Source: Selaginella moellendorffii (taxonomy: Eukaryota > Plantae > Lycopodiophyta). Taken from it: a stretch of 64,000 nucleotides of DNA. A program made the translations under genes and the position numbers. The notes beneath the pieces were generated by a model that was given only the letters and a program-made list of their open reading frames with translations, did no database searches and had not been told where the DNA came from. Below, piece after piece: positions 62,540-64,000 of the stretch; the stretch's first letter is position 1, and each line of letters begins with the position of its first letter. Location: assembly GCF_000143415.4 (NCBI RefSeq), contig NW_003314280.1, positions 1,612,894 through 1,676,893 of the forward strand. Reading direction: 5' to 3'.

Positions 62540-64000
62540 TCAAATGTATGCCTGTGGGTTCAAGCGTGTGGACGGCACCAGCCTGAGTGGAGAAGCTCTG
62601 GGAACAGTAAGACCAAACTTCTCCGCCATGTCCAACTCTTTGCCATCCGGCGCAGCCCAGTCAAACGCATGAAGCAAGCTTCCGAGCACGAACTGGACGG
62701 TGGTAGTCCCCAGGAGGATCCCCGGGCAGCTCCTCCTTCCCGATCCAAACGGCAGCAATTCGAAGCTCTGGCCTCTTACATCGATGTCCGGCTGCCGAAG
62801 AAACCGCTCGGGATCAAACTTGAGAGGCTCGTCCCACCACCTGGGGTCCCTCGCTATGGCATAGACATTGACGAGCGCGTGAGTTCCTGCTGGAATCACG
62901 TAACCCTCCAGCTCGCAAGCTTGGATGGATTGGTGGGGAATGCTCAGGGGCCCTGGAGGGTGGAGGCGCAGTGTTTCCTTGACGATGGCTTGGAGGAAAG
63001 TCAACTTTGGAAGATCAATCTCGTCTAGAGCCCGGTTCTCTCCGACAACCTCTTTGAGCTCCTCCTGAACTTGAAACACCATTGCTGGATTGTTTACGAG
63101 CTCGGCTAGAGCCCACTCCACCGTGACAGCAGCAGTGTCGGTCCCAGCAGCGATCATATCCTACGAAGTTACGTCAATGACGGGAAGAACAAGGAACCGT
63201 TTACATACCAGGCAGAGAGCTTTGATGGAAGTATCGCTGAGATCTTTTGCGGCCAACATCATGTCCAGGAAATCTCTGTTGGTTCCCGGCTGCTGGCGGT
63301 GCTCGACGATCTGCTTGGCCAGATACTCGTCCAGCTGCTTGTGGATCGAGGAGATCTTCTTGGCTTGGCCGTCCATCCATCCCAAATACGGGAAGAAGTC
63401 GGCCAGAGTGTTACTTCCAGCCACCGTGAACGCCTCCACGATCAAGTTTTTGAACCTCACAGCGAGTTCCCTCTCGGCAGAGCTTCCGGTGGAGTAGCTT
63501 CTGTTCATCACCATCCTCGTCATGAAGTTGAAAGTGAGATCCAGGAGCTTAGATGTCAGCTCCACGGGATTTGTATGGGAACTTTGGAGCTCCTTCAAGA
63601 GCATGGACATCTCCGTCTTCCGGACTTGCTGGAACATCACAACGCGCTTGGCAGTGAGGAGCTCCAGAGTGCACAGCTTCCGGACGCTCCTCCAGTGATC
63701 GCCATAGGCAGCCCAGACCATCCCAGCTCCCCCATACCCGAAGTTCTCGCCGGTAATCGTCCTGGGCCTGGAAGAGAAGACGTGATCTTGCGTCTTGAGG
63801 AGCTCCCTGGCGGTCTCGGCAGTGGAGACGACGAGCGTGTTGTGGATGCCGAGCTTGAGGAGCATGAGGCCGCCATATCTCTGGGAGAGCTTCTGCAAGG
63901 ACTGGTGGGGGAGCTTACCAAGGAGATGGAGATGGCCAAGGATTGGAAGTCCTGGAGGAGATGGAGGCGATTTGCTACCGCTGCCTCGGTTATCACTGAC
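62540..64000 (-). CDS. Cytochrome P450, CYP71 clan (A-type), 2 exons; start codon just beyond the window end
   Basis: Exon 1 63209->64000, GT-AG intron 63161-63208, exon 2 62540-63160. Motifs AAGTDT, KETLR, PERF, FGSGRRSCPG; no lesions seen. Confidence 0.93.

Overview
Land-plant nuclear DNA. A lycophyte such as Selaginella is the likely source; this is inferred from a 48-nt P450 intron, GC-rich CYP71-clan exons and fungal-type chromoviruses. About 80% of the window (1-52.7 kb plus part of 58.5-60 kb) is a deeply nested stack of Ty3/gypsy LTR retroelements, which I label families A-G. A and B are large non-coding (LARD-like) elements with Met-tRNA PBSs. C is a decayed chromovirus that shares LTR and 3' UTR sequence with B. 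D is a Tcn1/Tf1-like chromovirus with a self-complementary PBS and a GGGAAAC -1 frameshift cassette. E and F are further gypsy elements, and G is a 675-bp TRIM. Swapped target-site duplications show that a ~25-kb block (~23.8-49.1 kb) was inverted after insertion, leaving a ~970-bp inverted duplication at its ends. Host genes are an intact germin-like ORF lacking its metal-binding Glu, a germin pseudogene, a truncated intron-containing tRNA-Tyr, and an inverted pair of CYP71-clan P450s (one apparently intact, one deleted pseudogene) with PPR relics. An unexplained Cys-rich ORF relic lies between the inverted arms. Most short ORFs in the track are repeat or antisense artefacts.
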